Notes under the pieces: generated by a model | The model's database searches: none | Seen by the model: the letters and a program-made list of their open reading frames with translations, nothing else | Told to the model about the DNA's origin: nothing | Source of the DNA: Gemmatimonadota bacterium | Lineage (GTDB): Bacteria; Gemmatimonadota; Gemmatimonadetes; Gemmatimonadales; GWC2-71-9 | Direction of reading: 5' to 3' | DNA length: 60,507 nucleotides | Assembly (NCBI GenBank): GCA_033763675.1 | Contig: JANRJZ010000166.1 | Location: 1-60,507, forward strand | Made by a program: the position numbers and the translations under genes | Shown here: positions 17,834-27,188 of the stretch, piece by piece | How the letters are laid out: the number at the start of each line of letters is the position of its first letter | How positions within the stretch are numbered: position 1 is the first letter of the stretch

Positions 17834-18999
17834 TGAAGATCCCCCTGATCTACAACCTGCGGAGCGTCATGCAGCGGCCCACCTCCACCGCCTTCACCGC
17901 GATCGGCATCGGGCTGGTGGTGGCGGTGTTCATCGGGATGCTGGCGCTGGCCAACGGCTTCCGCGCCGCGCTGACGCGCACAGGCTCCGACCGGAATGCG
18001 CTGGTGCTCCGTCGCGGCGCCGATTCCGAGCTTTCCAGCGGGCTCGACCGCGAGGCGGTGAGCATTCTCGCCGCCTCCCCCCACGTGGCCCCCGGGCCCG
18101 ATGGGCGGCCGCTCTTCTCGGCCGAGTCCTACCTGCTGATCCCGCTCTCCCGGCGCGGCGCCGACACCAATGCGGTGGCCAACGTGGTGGTGCGCGGCGT
18201 GGCGGCCGCCGCATGGCAGGTGCGGCAGAACCTGGTGATCACCGAAGGGCAGGCGCCGGTGCCGGGACGCAACGAGGTCTGCGTGGGCCGCACCATGGCG
18301 CTCAAGTTTCCCAACACCGATGTGGGGCAGGCGCTCCGCTTCGGCGGGCGGGACTGGGCGGTGGTCTGCCACTTCACCGCCGACGGCTCCTCCTTCGAAT
18401 CCGAGGTCTGGGGGGACGCGGAGCAGTTCCAGCCGGTCTTCCGGCGTGAGGGCTTTTCTTCCGCCAGCTTCCGGCTGGCCGATCCCGCCGCCTTCGAGGA
18501 GGCGAAGCGGGTCCTCGAGGCCGATCAGCGGCTGCAGGTGGATGTGTACCGCGAGGCCGCGTTCTACGCCGAGCAGTCCGAGGTGCTGGGCCGGATCCTG
18601 GAGATCCTCGCATTCCTCATCACCAGCATCATGGCGGTGGGCGCGATCTTCGGGGCGGTGAACACGATGTACGCCGCCGTGGCCGCGCGCGCGCCGGAGA
18701 TCGCGGTCCTCCTCACCCTGGGCTTCCACCCGCGGAGCGTGCTGCTCAGCTTCCTGGTGGAGTCGGCGCTGATCGCGCTGGTGGGCGGCGTGCTGGGGAT
18801 CCTCCTGGTGCTGCCGGTGAACGGAGTGGTCACCAGCACCACCAACTGGGCCAGCTTCAGCGAGATTGCCTTCAGCTTCCGCATTACCCCGGCGCTCCTG
18901 CTCTCCGGCGTGGTCTTCGCCGCGGTGATGGGGACCCTGGGCGGCTTCTTCCCGGCCTGGCGCGCCGCGCGGCGGCCGGTGGTGCAGGCGTTGAGATAG
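17833..18999 (+). CDS. ABC transporter permease (MacB/FtsX family)
   Basis: TAATG coupling with the upstream gene; YNLRSVMQRP, NTMYAAVAARAPEIAVLLTLGF, GGFFPAWRAAR. Confidence 0.9.
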   Translation: MKIPLIYNLRSVMQRPTSTAFTAIGIGLVVAVFIGMLALANGFRAALTRTGSDRNALVLRRGADSELSSGLDREAVSILAASPHVAPGPDGRPLFSAESYLLIPLSRRGADTNAVANVVVRGVAAAAWQVRQNLVITEGQAPVPGRNEVCVGRTMALKFPNTDVGQALRFGGRDWAVVCHFTADGSSFESEVWGDAEQFQPVFRREGFSSASFRLADPAAFEEAKRVLEADQRLQVDVYREAAFYAEQSEVLGRILEILAFLITSIMAVGAIFGAVNTMYAAVAARAPEIAVLLTLGFHPRSVLLSFLVESALIALVGGVLGILLVLPVNGVVTSTTNWASFSEIAFSFRITPALLLSGVVFAAVMGTLGGFFPAWRAARRPVVQALR

Positions 19000-19019
19000 G
19001 CGGTGGGGCGGTAGGGCGC

Positions 19020-19089
19020 GTGATGCGCGCGGGCGGGTGATGCGAGCGGGCGGGTGATGCGAGCGGGCGGGCACAAGGCCCGCCCGTAC
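19020..19089. repeat. 17-nt tandem repeat x3 ending in a REP-like palindrome
   Basis: GTGATGCG(C/A)GCGGGCGG at 19020, 19037 and 19054, then GGGCGGGC-ACAAG-GCCCGCCC-GTAC (19065-19089). Confidence 0.85.
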
Positions 19090-19286
19090 GGGATCCGCTT
19101 GCTGGGGCTCCTCTGCCGGATTCCCCTTCGCCGAGCCTGCCCCGCCCAATCGCCCAATCGGCCCTTGCCCTCCGGCGCCGCCTGACAGACTTTTCAGACG
19201 GATCCTGGCTGCGCCCCCGGAGAGCGCGCCGGCGATCCCCCGAGGCTCCCGGAGAGCCCGGCCCCCCCCTGCCAGCGAGTTACCTG

Positions 19287-20057
19287 ATGCGCCGCCGGAC
19301 CCTGTGGCTGTCCCTGCCGTTGTGCCTGTGTGTCTCGCTCATTCCCGCCTGCAGCAGCAAGACCCCTTCCCAGGAGGTCGTGCCGATCCAGACGATGGAC
19401 ACGCTGCGCGCCTCCGAGCCGACGGTCATTACCCGAGTGGACACCATTCGGGTGACGGACCCGGCGCTCGAGGCCCGCGTGGCGCGGCTGGACCTGGAAC
19501 TCGCCGAGCGGGAGGGGGAACTGAAGGAGATGGAGTCACGGCTGGCGGAGGCCCGGCTCGAGGTGGTCCGGACCATGGCCAAGCTGCAGACCGTCGCCAC
19601 CCGGGCGGAGGCGGCCTCGGCGATGGCCGAGGCGGAGATCGCGGTGCAGGGGCTCAAGGCCGTGGGGGGGACGGAACTGCGCGGCGCCGTGGCCGAGTCG
19701 CAGCAGATGCTGGCCCAGAGCGGCGAGGAGTTCGGGCGCCAGAATCATGGCGGGGCGCTTTACCTGGCCACCCAGGCCAAGAACATTGCCACGGCAGGGA
19801 GGGCCCGGGTGGCGGGGGTGGAGCGGGCTGGGCGGCGGCAGGGGGAGGTGCTGTTCGCCGCGCCGGTGCGGCTCGAGGTCACCAGCCGGGCCAACTTGCG
19901 TGACGCGCCAAGCACCGGCGCCCGGGTGGTTATCACCCTGGAGAAGGGGGCGCCGCTCATCGCGATTTCGCACGTCGGGAACTGGCTCCGGGTGACGGAC
20001 GGCAGCGGGCGGGAGGGGTGGATCTTTCAGGAACTGGTGAGCCGGGGCGGGAGGTAG
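19287..20057 (+). CDS. Lipoprotein with coiled-coil and C-terminal bacterial SH3 domain
   Basis: Signal peptide ending IPAC; ANLRDAPSTGARV...GNWLRV...GREGWI is an SH3b signature. Confidence 0.75.
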   Translation: MRRRTLWLSLPLCLCVSLIPACSSKTPSQEVVPIQTMDTLRASEPTVITRVDTIRVTDPALEARVARLDLELAEREGELKEMESRLAEARLEVVRTMAKLQTVATRAEAASAMAEAEIAVQGLKAVGGTELRGAVAESQQMLAQSGEEFGRQNHGGALYLATQAKNIATAGRARVAGVERAGRRQGEVLFAAPVRLEVTSRANLRDAPSTGARVVITLEKGAPLIAISHVGNWLRVTDGSGREGWIFQELVSRGGR

Positions 20058-20058
20058 G

Positions 20059-20131
20059 AGGCGATTAGACGATTGGGCGATTAGGCGATTGGGTGATTGG
20101 GCCGCCTAATCGCCCAATCGCCCAATCGTCC
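20059..20131. repeat. Inverted arrays of 8-nt tandem repeat (RGGCGATT x5 / AATCGCCC x3) between convergent genes
   Basis: Read directly; the two arms are reverse complements and can form a hairpin. Confidence 0.92.
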
Positions 20132-20132
20132 C

Positions 20133-21887
20133 TTACCGCCGCACCCGATCCCTTCCCTCCCGCTTGGCCCGGTACAGCGCCTCGTCCGCCGCGGCGACGA
20201 GGGATTCGGGGGTGAAGCCCTTCGAGGGCGACTGCGTGACGCCGACGCTGGCGGTGACGGTGCCGCCGTCGAAGTTCTCCGACCGGAGCCGGTCCCGGAG
20301 CCGCTCCGCCAGGTCCACCGCGCCGTCCACGCCGGTGTTGGGCAGGATCACGATGAACTCCTCCCCGCCGTACCGGGCCGCGCAGTCGCCGGCGCGGACC
20401 GTCTCCCGCAGCAGCTGCCCCACCTGGCGCAGCACCGCGTCCCCGGCGAGGTGCCCGTGGGTGTCGTTGTAGCGCTTGAAGTGGTCGATGTCGAGCAGCA
20501 GCAGCGAGACCGGGTGGCCGTGGCGCCGGGCACGCTCGCACTCCGTCGCGAGGGCGTGCTCCAGGTGGCGGCGGTTGTAGAGGCCGGTGAGCTGGTCGGT
20601 GATGGAGAGTTGCTCCAGCTCCTGCCGTCCTTCGCGGAGCCGGGTCACCATGGTGTTGAACACCCGGGTGAGCGCGCCCACCTCGCCGCCGATGGTCACC
20701 GGGAGGTCCACCGCGAGGTCACCGCCGGCCACCTTGGAGGCGCCCTGGATCAATCGGTCCAGCGGCCGCACGATGAAGAGCCCCACGCTGTAGGCCAGCC
20801 CGGAAACGACGAGCAGGATCCCTGCGATGAGCCAGAGGGTCATGAGCCGCAGCCGGTCCATCTGGTTGTAGGCCTCGTCGGCTGGGATATCCGCCACCAC
20901 CAGCCATGGGGTGCCGGGGACCGGCGTGGCGCGGGCGAAGTAACTGGTCCCCTCGCTGCCCTCGATCTCGATGGGCCCCTCGGAGGGGATGGAGGCTTCG
21001 GGCGGCTGGGTGGTCGTGGCGGTGGGAAGCAGCCGGGTCAGCCGGGCCGGCGGGTAGATGGGGTCGCCGGAGGTGGGCACCCGGTGGCCCGCGCCCAGGC
21101 GGAACTCGCCGTCCCGGGTCACCAGTGATACCCGGAGCAGCGAAGCCAGCGGGAGGTCGTGGATCAAGGCAGCGCCGCGGCGCAGGTCCACCACCGCGGT
21201 GAGACTGCCGAGGACCGCGCCGCGGGCGTCGGTCACGGGCACCGCCACCACCGTGCTCGCGACGGTATCGCTGTCGCGCCGCCCCGGCCCGACCACGGCG
21301 TCATTGAGGTTGACCCGTTCCAGCCAGTTCGGGGGCAATGCGCGGGCGTCGGGGATCGGTCCGGTGGAGGCCAGCGTCCGGCCGGCGGGGTCCAGCACCG
21401 CCAGGGCCCGGTACTCGCCGATCCGGCGCTGGATGGATGCGAGGTAGCCCGAGAGCCGGGTGTTGTCGCGTCGGCCGACGTTTTCCGAGACTTCGTAGGA
21501 GCTGGCGAAGACCCGGAGCTCGAGCACCCGCTCCTTGAGCCAGAGGTCGAGGGTGCGGGCTGCCTGCATGCTGGCGCCGTTGAGGTCTGCGGTGAGCCGG
21601 GCGGTGACGGCGCGCTGGCTCTGGGCGTAATAGATGATGGCGGTCAGCAGGGAGGGGAGGAGGGCCGCCCCGACTGCCAGCACCAGGATCTTCTTCCGCA
21701 GGCTGTCCAGGCTGAACACCCGCAACGCCCGGCCGATCTGCTCTTCCCAACCGCTCAACTGGGCTCCGGATGGCTCATGGGGGTGGGACGACTTCGGGGA
21801 ATGTGGCCGGGGACGGCGTGGAGGCCAAGGGCGGCTGGGGGGAGGACGGATGGCCAGGGGCTGGTTCCCGGCCGAATTAGTCCCCAT
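20133..21887 (-). CDS. Membrane diguanylate cyclase (Cache sensor - HAMP - GGDEF); true start probably ~21720-21760
   Basis: Two TM segments flank a sensor domain; HAMP (RPLDRL...GEVGAL); TDQLTGLYNRR; DIDHFKRYNDTHGHLAGD; I-site RAGD; active site GGEEF. Confidence 0.88.
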   Translation of the reverse strand: MGTNSAGNQPLAIRPPPSRPWPPRRPRPHSPKSSHPHEPSGAQLSGWEEQIGRALRVFSLDSLRKKILVLAVGAALLPSLLTAIIYYAQSQRAVTARLTADLNGASMQAARTLDLWLKERVLELRVFASSYEVSENVGRRDNTRLSGYLASIQRRIGEYRALAVLDPAGRTLASTGPIPDARALPPNWLERVNLNDAVVGPGRRDSDTVASTVVAVPVTDARGAVLGSLTAVVDLRRGAALIHDLPLASLLRVSLVTRDGEFRLGAGHRVPTSGDPIYPPARLTRLLPTATTTQPPEASIPSEGPIEIEGSEGTSYFARATPVPGTPWLVVADIPADEAYNQMDRLRLMTLWLIAGILLVVSGLAYSVGLFIVRPLDRLIQGASKVAGGDLAVDLPVTIGGEVGALTRVFNTMVTRLREGRQELEQLSITDQLTGLYNRRHLEHALATECERARRHGHPVSLLLLDIDHFKRYNDTHGHLAGDAVLRQVGQLLRETVRAGDCAARYGGEEFIVILPNTGVDGAVDLAERLRDRLRSENFDGGTVTASVGVTQSPSKGFTPESLVAAADEALYRAKREGRDRVRR

Positions 21888-21995
21888 TCCCCCAAGGTCG
21901 ACAGCAAGAAGGGCAGCCCCCCAAGTGGGAAGAGTAAAGACCGCTCCACGAGCCCCTTCACACTCGCTTCATGAGCGCCCCTTAACCTTGGTTCC

Positions 21996-22367
21996 ATGCG
22001 CCTACTGGTAGTGGAAGACGACCGCAAGGTCGCCGGCTTCCTGGAACAGGGGTTCCTGGAGGAGGGATACGATGTGGTCATTGCCCGCGACGGCGTGGAC
22101 GGCCTCAGCCGCGCCCGCGCCGGGGGCTTTGATCTCATCCTGCTGGATTTCATGCTGCCCGGCCGCTCCGGCCTGGAGGTCGTGGCCGCGCTGCGGGCGG
22201 AACGGGTGCACACCCCGATCCTGATGCTGACCGCCCTCGACGACCCCCGGGACGTGCACGCCGCCATTCAGGCCGGCGCCAACGCCTTCATGACCAAGCC
22301 GTTCCGCTTCGCGGACCTGCTGGATCGCATTTCGGCCCTGCTCTCCGAGCGTCGGCTCACCGCCTGA
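21996..22367 (+). CDS. Single-domain response regulator (OmpR-like receiver, no output domain)
   Basis: LLVVEDD, LILLDFMLPG, LMLTA, FMTKPF; ends at 123 aa. Confidence 0.88.
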   Translation: MRLLVVEDDRKVAGFLEQGFLEEGYDVVIARDGVDGLSRARAGGFDLILLDFMLPGRSGLEVVAALRAERVHTPILMLTALDDPRDVHAAIQAGANAFMTKPFRFADLLDRISALLSERRLTA

Positions 22368-22399
22368 CCCGCCCGCGCCACGGGGCGCGTGGATCCCCC

Positions 22400-23428
22400 A
22401 TGTACTCCCTGCAACGCACGCTGGCGCTGCGCTACGGCCTCACCATGCTGGTGGCGCTGGTGGCGATGGCCCTGATCGTGGATTTCGCCGCCGAGGGGGC
22501 GTTCCCCGGCCCCCATGACGGGCTGCTGCTGCGGCTGCTGGCCATCGCGGTGACCGGGGCGGGGCTCACCGGAGCCGGGGCGTGGTGGCTCACGCGCGCC
22601 TCGCTGGAGCCGGTCCGGGAGATCGCGGCGCAGGCCCGGGCCATCATGCCCACCGGGTGTGGCGCTCGCCAGATCACTGTCCACGCCGACGTGGCGGAAC
22701 TGCAGGACCTCCTCGCCACCCTCAACGGTTTGCTGGCGCGGCTGGACGCGGCGCTCCAGCACCAGCGCCGCATCATCTCCGACGTCGGACACGACCTCCG
22801 GACCCCGATCACCGCGATGCGGGGAGAGCTGGAGGTCGCGCTGCGGGCGGGGCGCTCGCCGGCGGAGTATGAGACCCTGCTGGCGAGCGTGCTGGAGGAG
22901 GTGGATCACCTCGCCCTGATGGGCGACGCCCTGATCACGCTGGCGCGGCTGGAATCGGTGGGAGCCGAGATAGAGCGCGCCCCGGTCGACCTGGCGCTGC
23001 TGGTGCGGGAGCGGGTGCGGCGCTTCACGACCACCCATCCCCCGTCGGCACCACGCGTCATCCCGGTGACGGGCACGGAGCCGGTCCTGGCCACGGTGGA
23101 CGCCCGGCTGGTGGCACTGGCGCTCGACCAGCTGGTGGAGAATGCGCTGCGCTATACCCCGCCCGGGACCAGGATCTGGGTCCGACTGGTGCCGGAACCG
23201 GAGCGGGTGGGGCTGGTGGTGGAAGACGCGGGGAGCGGGGTGCCGGAGGGTCAGATGGCGCAGCTCTTCGAGCCCTTCTTCCGGCCCGATCCCGCCCGCC
23301 CCCGCGGGGGGGCCGGCCTCGGCCTCACCCTGGTGCGCACCATCGCGGTGGCGCATGGGGGCCGCGCCACCGCCGACCGGAGCCCGCAGGGCGGGCTGCG
23401 CGTGACGCTCGACCTGCCGCTGGGCTGA
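22400..23428 (+). CDS. Sensor histidine kinase (HAMP-HisKA-HATPase, short periplasmic loop)
   Basis: Two close TM segments; H-box DVGHDLRTPI, ENALRY, EDAGSG, FEPFFR, GAGLGL. Confidence 0.9.
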   Translation: MYSLQRTLALRYGLTMLVALVAMALIVDFAAEGAFPGPHDGLLLRLLAIAVTGAGLTGAGAWWLTRASLEPVREIAAQARAIMPTGCGARQITVHADVAELQDLLATLNGLLARLDAALQHQRRIISDVGHDLRTPITAMRGELEVALRAGRSPAEYETLLASVLEEVDHLALMGDALITLARLESVGAEIERAPVDLALLVRERVRRFTTTHPPSAPRVIPVTGTEPVLATVDARLVALALDQLVENALRYTPPGTRIWVRLVPEPERVGLVVEDAGSGVPEGQMAQLFEPFFRPDPARPRGGAGLGLTLVRTIAVAHGGRATADRSPQGGLRVTLDLPLG

Positions 23429-23472
23429 GCCGCCAGACCCCTCCTCTGGCACCCGTCGCCACACTCGCAGCG

Positions 23473-24999
23473 TCAGGCCGGGACGTCCCGGCGCACCCGT
23501 TCCGCGAGACACTCGGCGGAGATCAGCACCATGGGGAGGCCACATCCGGGGTGGGTGCTCTGCCCCACGAAGTAGAGGTTCTTGTGGCGCCGGTGCCGGT
23601 TGTGGGGCCGGAAGTACCCGATCTGGCTCAGTCCGTGGTCGAGACCGAAGGCCTCGCCGCGCAGGTTGCCGTATCGCCGGGTGAAGGTGTCGGGGGTGAC
23701 CAGGTTGCGGGTGACGATGTGGCGCCGGAGGTTGGTGAGCCCGAACCGCTCCAGCCGCTCGATGGTCCTCGCCTCCACCTGCGGGCCCAGCGTGCTCCAG
23801 TCGAGCGGCCGCCGGGGGTCCTGGCTGGGCGCCAGCGCCAGCACGAACAGGTTTTCGCAGCCGGGAGGTGCCTGTCCGGGATCGGTCCGGGTGGAGGCCA
23901 CCAGGTAGAAGGGCGGCTCGTCCGGCATCTCGCGCCGCTGGAACAGCGCCTCGCAGCTCTCCCGCAGGTCGCTGGTCACCGCGAGGTTGTGGTGCAGCAC
24001 CTGGGGATACTGGCGGTTCACGCCGAGATAGAGCAGGACCACCGAGCAGCCGAACGACGGGGCCAGCAGGGTGGGGGTCTTCTCCCCCAGCAGGGCCTGG
24101 TAGGTCCAGGGCAAGTCGCTGTTGGCGACGAAGAGATCCGCCGTCAGGCGCCGGCCGTCCGAGGTGCGCGCCGCGATGATCCGGCCCGCATCCCGTTCCA
24201 GCCCGGTGATCTCGGTGTCGTAGAGGTACTCGACCCCCAGCTCACCGCCCAGCCGCTCGAGGGCCCGCGGGAGCTGGTGCATCCCCCCCATCGGGTAGTG
24301 GATCCCTCCGGCCATCTCCGCGTGCGCCAACAGGCCGTACACCCCGGGAGAGCGGTAGGGGGAGATGCCGAGATAGAGCGTCTGGAAGGTGATCGCCTGC
24401 TGCAGCCGCTCGTCGCGGAAGTGGCGCCGGGCCAGGCGCTGCAGATCGCCGAGCGCGGTGGCGCCGGCGCCCGGCCCGAGGGCACGGATGTCCATCATGG
24501 CCAGCGGGTTGTGCATGTTGCGCCGGATGAACCGCAGTCCTCCGTGATACAGCTTGCCGGTCTCGGCCAGCCACTCGGAGACCCGCGCGCCGGCGCCGGG
24601 CTCGAGCCGCTCGACGTTGTCCACCAGCCGGTTCATGGAGCTGGTCATCTCGAAGGTGCTGCCGTCGGTGAAGTGCAGCCGGTACGCCGGGTCGCACTGC
24701 ACCAAAGAGACGTAGTCCTCGAGGCGGCGTCCCGCCGTGCGGAAGAGATCGTGCCAGCACTCCAGCATCATCACCAGGGACGGGCCGGTGTCGAAGGTGA
24801 AGCCTTCCGAGCGCCAGACGCCGGCGCGGCCGCCGGGGACGTCATGCCGTTCGGCGAGTGTCACCCGGTAGCCGGCCTGCGCCAGCCGGACCGCGCTGGC
24901 CAGCCCGCCGATCCCGGCGCCGATAACGAGGACATGTGTCCGGCGGCGGCCGGAGGCGTTAGGGACGGCCGGCACGTGCGGGGCAACGACAATGGTCAT
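23473..24999 (-). CDS. crtI: Phytoene desaturase family protein
   Basis: FAD-binding VIGAGIGGL, GGRAG...GFTFDTGPS, YPMGGM, FRPHNR, LYFVGQSTHPGCGLPMVLISA. Confidence 0.88.
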   Translation of the reverse strand: MTIVVAPHVPAVPNASGRRRTHVLVIGAGIGGLASAVRLAQAGYRVTLAERHDVPGGRAGVWRSEGFTFDTGPSLVMMLECWHDLFRTAGRRLEDYVSLVQCDPAYRLHFTDGSTFEMTSSMNRLVDNVERLEPGAGARVSEWLAETGKLYHGGLRFIRRNMHNPLAMMDIRALGPGAGATALGDLQRLARRHFRDERLQQAITFQTLYLGISPYRSPGVYGLLAHAEMAGGIHYPMGGMHQLPRALERLGGELGVEYLYDTEITGLERDAGRIIAARTSDGRRLTADLFVANSDLPWTYQALLGEKTPTLLAPSFGCSVVLLYLGVNRQYPQVLHHNLAVTSDLRESCEALFQRREMPDEPPFYLVASTRTDPGQAPPGCENLFVLALAPSQDPRRPLDWSTLGPQVEARTIERLERFGLTNLRRHIVTRNLVTPDTFTRRYGNLRGEAFGLDHGLSQIGYFRPHNRHRRHKNLYFVGQSTHPGCGLPMVLISAECLAERVRRDVPA

Positions 25000-25300
25000 G
25001 GGGTGACAATCAGCAAGAGCAGTCCCGGGCGGCCCGACGAAGCTCCCGGCACTGGCGGCGAAGGATGGGTTGACGGCGTCGATCCGTGCAGCCTTCCTAC
25101 CACCCGTCCGGCGGAATGTTCCACGCGCCTGCGCCCTGCGTTTCGCCCGACGACTGGGCTGCGTTCAGCGTGGCTGGCGCGGCCGGTGTGCACCCGGTAA
25201 GTCGCTGACAATGGGAGGTTTAGCAGGAACTATCGACACGTCCTCGGGGCCGCTGGGCGAACCGGATGACCAAACCCTCAACTCGAGGCCGCCGGCGGGG

Positions 25301-25463
25301 AGGGTTCGCGGCGACGGCTGGTCGCTCAGCCTTTTCCATCCGGGATCGACATCCCGGTGGCCTGCACCAGCGGCTGATCGGGGCGCAGCAGTCATCGCAG
25401 CGCGACTCCTGGCGCATGCGCCCGCTCGAGACCCGGTATCGCCTCCTCTTCCAGGCATCCACC
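25301..25463 (+). pseudogene. Degraded fragment resembling PpsR/CrtJ (Q-linker region)
   Basis: Translation LHQRLIGAQQSSQRDSWRMRPLETRYRLLFQ resembles the PpsR segment LQQRLVxAQQxxERDYWRLRxxETRYRLLF (recognised from memory). The rest of the gene is absent. Confidence 0.55.
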
Positions 25464-25550
25464 AAGCCGGCGCGTGGGCGGCGCGGCGGCCCGCAGGGGC
25501 TGTTACCTTTCACCATCGTTCGCACGCTGCACCTCCCGCCACTTCCCGCC

Positions 25551-27179
25551 ATGACTCAGGCCCGCTCACCGCTCGACTACCTGCACGATCCACGGCTCAA
25601 CAAGGGCACGGGGTTTACCGAGGAGGAGCGCGACCGCCTCGGTCTCCGGGGCCTGCTCCCGCCCCGGGTGACCAACCTGGCGGACCAGAAGGAGCGGATT
25701 CTCGAGAACTTCCGCCGCAAGCCGACCCCGCTCGAGCAGTACATCTACCTCACCAGCCTCCAGGACCGGAACGAGCACCTGTTCTACCAGGTGCTGATGG
25801 AGCACATCGAGGAGATGATGCCGGTCATTTATACCCCGACGGTGGGCGAGGCGTGCGTCCGATTCGGGCACATCTTCCGCCGCCCCCGCGGGCTGTATGT
25901 GACCGCGCGTGACCGCGGCCGGGTGCGGACCCTGCTGGGGCACTGGCCGGAGCCCGACGTCGCGATGCTCGTGGTGACCGACGGCGAGCGGATCCTCGGC
26001 CTCGGCGACCTCGGCGCCAATGGCATGGGCATCCCGATCGGCAAGCTCGCACTCTACACCGCCTGCGCCGGGGTCGATCCCGCCCGGTGCCTGCCCGTGG
26101 CCATTGATGTCGGCACCGACCGCGCCGACCTGCTGGACGATCCCCTGTACCTCGGGTTGCACCAGCCCCGGCTCCGCGGCCCGGCCTATGACGAGCTGCT
26201 GGAAGAGTTCATGGTGGCGGTGTCGGAGGTGTTTCCTCGCGCGGTCATCCAGTTCGAGGACTTTGCCACCGACAACGCGGTCCGGCTGCTGGCCAGGTAC
26301 CGCGCCCGCGCCTGCTGCTTCAACGATGACATTCAGGGGACCGCCGGCGTGGTGCTCGCGGGCCTGCTCTCCGCTGGCCGGGTGACAGGCCAGCCGCTGG
26401 TGGAGCAGCGCGTGCTGTTTCTCGGGGCCGGGGCGGCGGCCACCGGAATCGCCCAGCTGGTGACGGCGGCGATGATCCGCGACGGACTGCCGGAGACGGA
26501 GGCGCGCGCCCGCTGCTGGCTGGTGGATGAGCACGGGCTGCTGACCGCGGACCGGCCGGGGCTTCCCGAGTTTCGCCGGCGCTGGGCCCATCCCCACGCC
26601 CCGGTCTCCGACCTCACCGGCGCGGTCGAGGCGCTCCGCCCGACCGCGCTGATCGGCGTATCGGGGGCGGCGGGGGCCTTCAGCGAGACCGTCATCCGGG
26701 CCATGGCGCGAGCCAATCCGCGCCCGATCATCTTTCCGCTTTCCAACCCCACCAGCAAGGCCGAGTGCACGGCGGAGCAGGCATACGCATGGTCGGAAGG
26801 CCAAGCCATCGTGGCCACCGGCAGTCCCTTCGGCCCGGTCGAGTGGGGGGGACGGCGATTCATCCCGGGGCAGGGGAACAACGCCTACATCTTTCCCGGG
26901 GTCGGGCTGGGCGTGATCGTGTCGGGAGCACGGCGGGTGACGGACGCGATGTTCCACGCCGCCGCGCGCACCCTGGCCGGGGCGGTGCAGGAAACGGAGC
27001 TGGCGGACGGGCGCCTGTTCCCACCGCTGCGGGAGATTCGCGCGGTCTCCGCCACGATCGCGGCGGCGGTGGCGGAGGTGGCCTATGCGGACGGACTCGC
27101 GACCGTGCCGCGGCCGGCCGATCTTGCCCAGGCCGTGGCGGCGAGCATGTACGATGGCTCCTATCCCGCCTATGCCTGA
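25551..27179 (+). CDS. maeA: NAD(P)-dependent malic enzyme (large, SfcA type)
   Basis: LNKGTGFT, PVIYTPTVGEAC, VTDGERILGLGDLG, QFEDF, FNDDIQGT, PLSNPTSKAEC, QGNNAYIFPG. Confidence 0.93.
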   Translation: MTQARSPLDYLHDPRLNKGTGFTEEERDRLGLRGLLPPRVTNLADQKERILENFRRKPTPLEQYIYLTSLQDRNEHLFYQVLMEHIEEMMPVIYTPTVGEACVRFGHIFRRPRGLYVTARDRGRVRTLLGHWPEPDVAMLVVTDGERILGLGDLGANGMGIPIGKLALYTACAGVDPARCLPVAIDVGTDRADLLDDPLYLGLHQPRLRGPAYDELLEEFMVAVSEVFPRAVIQFEDFATDNAVRLLARYRARACCFNDDIQGTAGVVLAGLLSAGRVTGQPLVEQRVLFLGAGAAATGIAQLVTAAMIRDGLPETEARARCWLVDEHGLLTADRPGLPEFRRRWAHPHAPVSDLTGAVEALRPTALIGVSGAAGAFSETVIRAMARANPRPIIFPLSNPTSKAECTAEQAYAWSEGQAIVATGSPFGPVEWGGRRFIPGQGNNAYIFPGVGLGVIVSGARRVTDAMFHAAARTLAGAVQETELADGRLFPPLREIRAVSATIAAAVAEVAYADGLATVPRPADLAQAVAASMYDGSYPAYA

Positions 27180-27188
27180 TCGCCCGCC

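Noticed and set aside
19215-19262. Tandem glycine riboswitch (two CCCGGAGAGC motifs)
   Set aside because: It lacks the CCGAAG and CTCTCAGG elements, and the downstream gene is unrelated.
25000-25265. PpsR operator (TGT-N12-ACA) or riboswitch upstream of crtI
   Set aside because: I found no correctly spaced TGT-N12-ACA and no recognisable cobalamin or c-di-GMP aptamer core.
25266-25550. N-terminal extension or true PpsR fusion of malic enzyme
   Set aside because: Malic enzyme homology starts near ATG 25551. The upstream part is degenerate, and open frames are common at this GC content.
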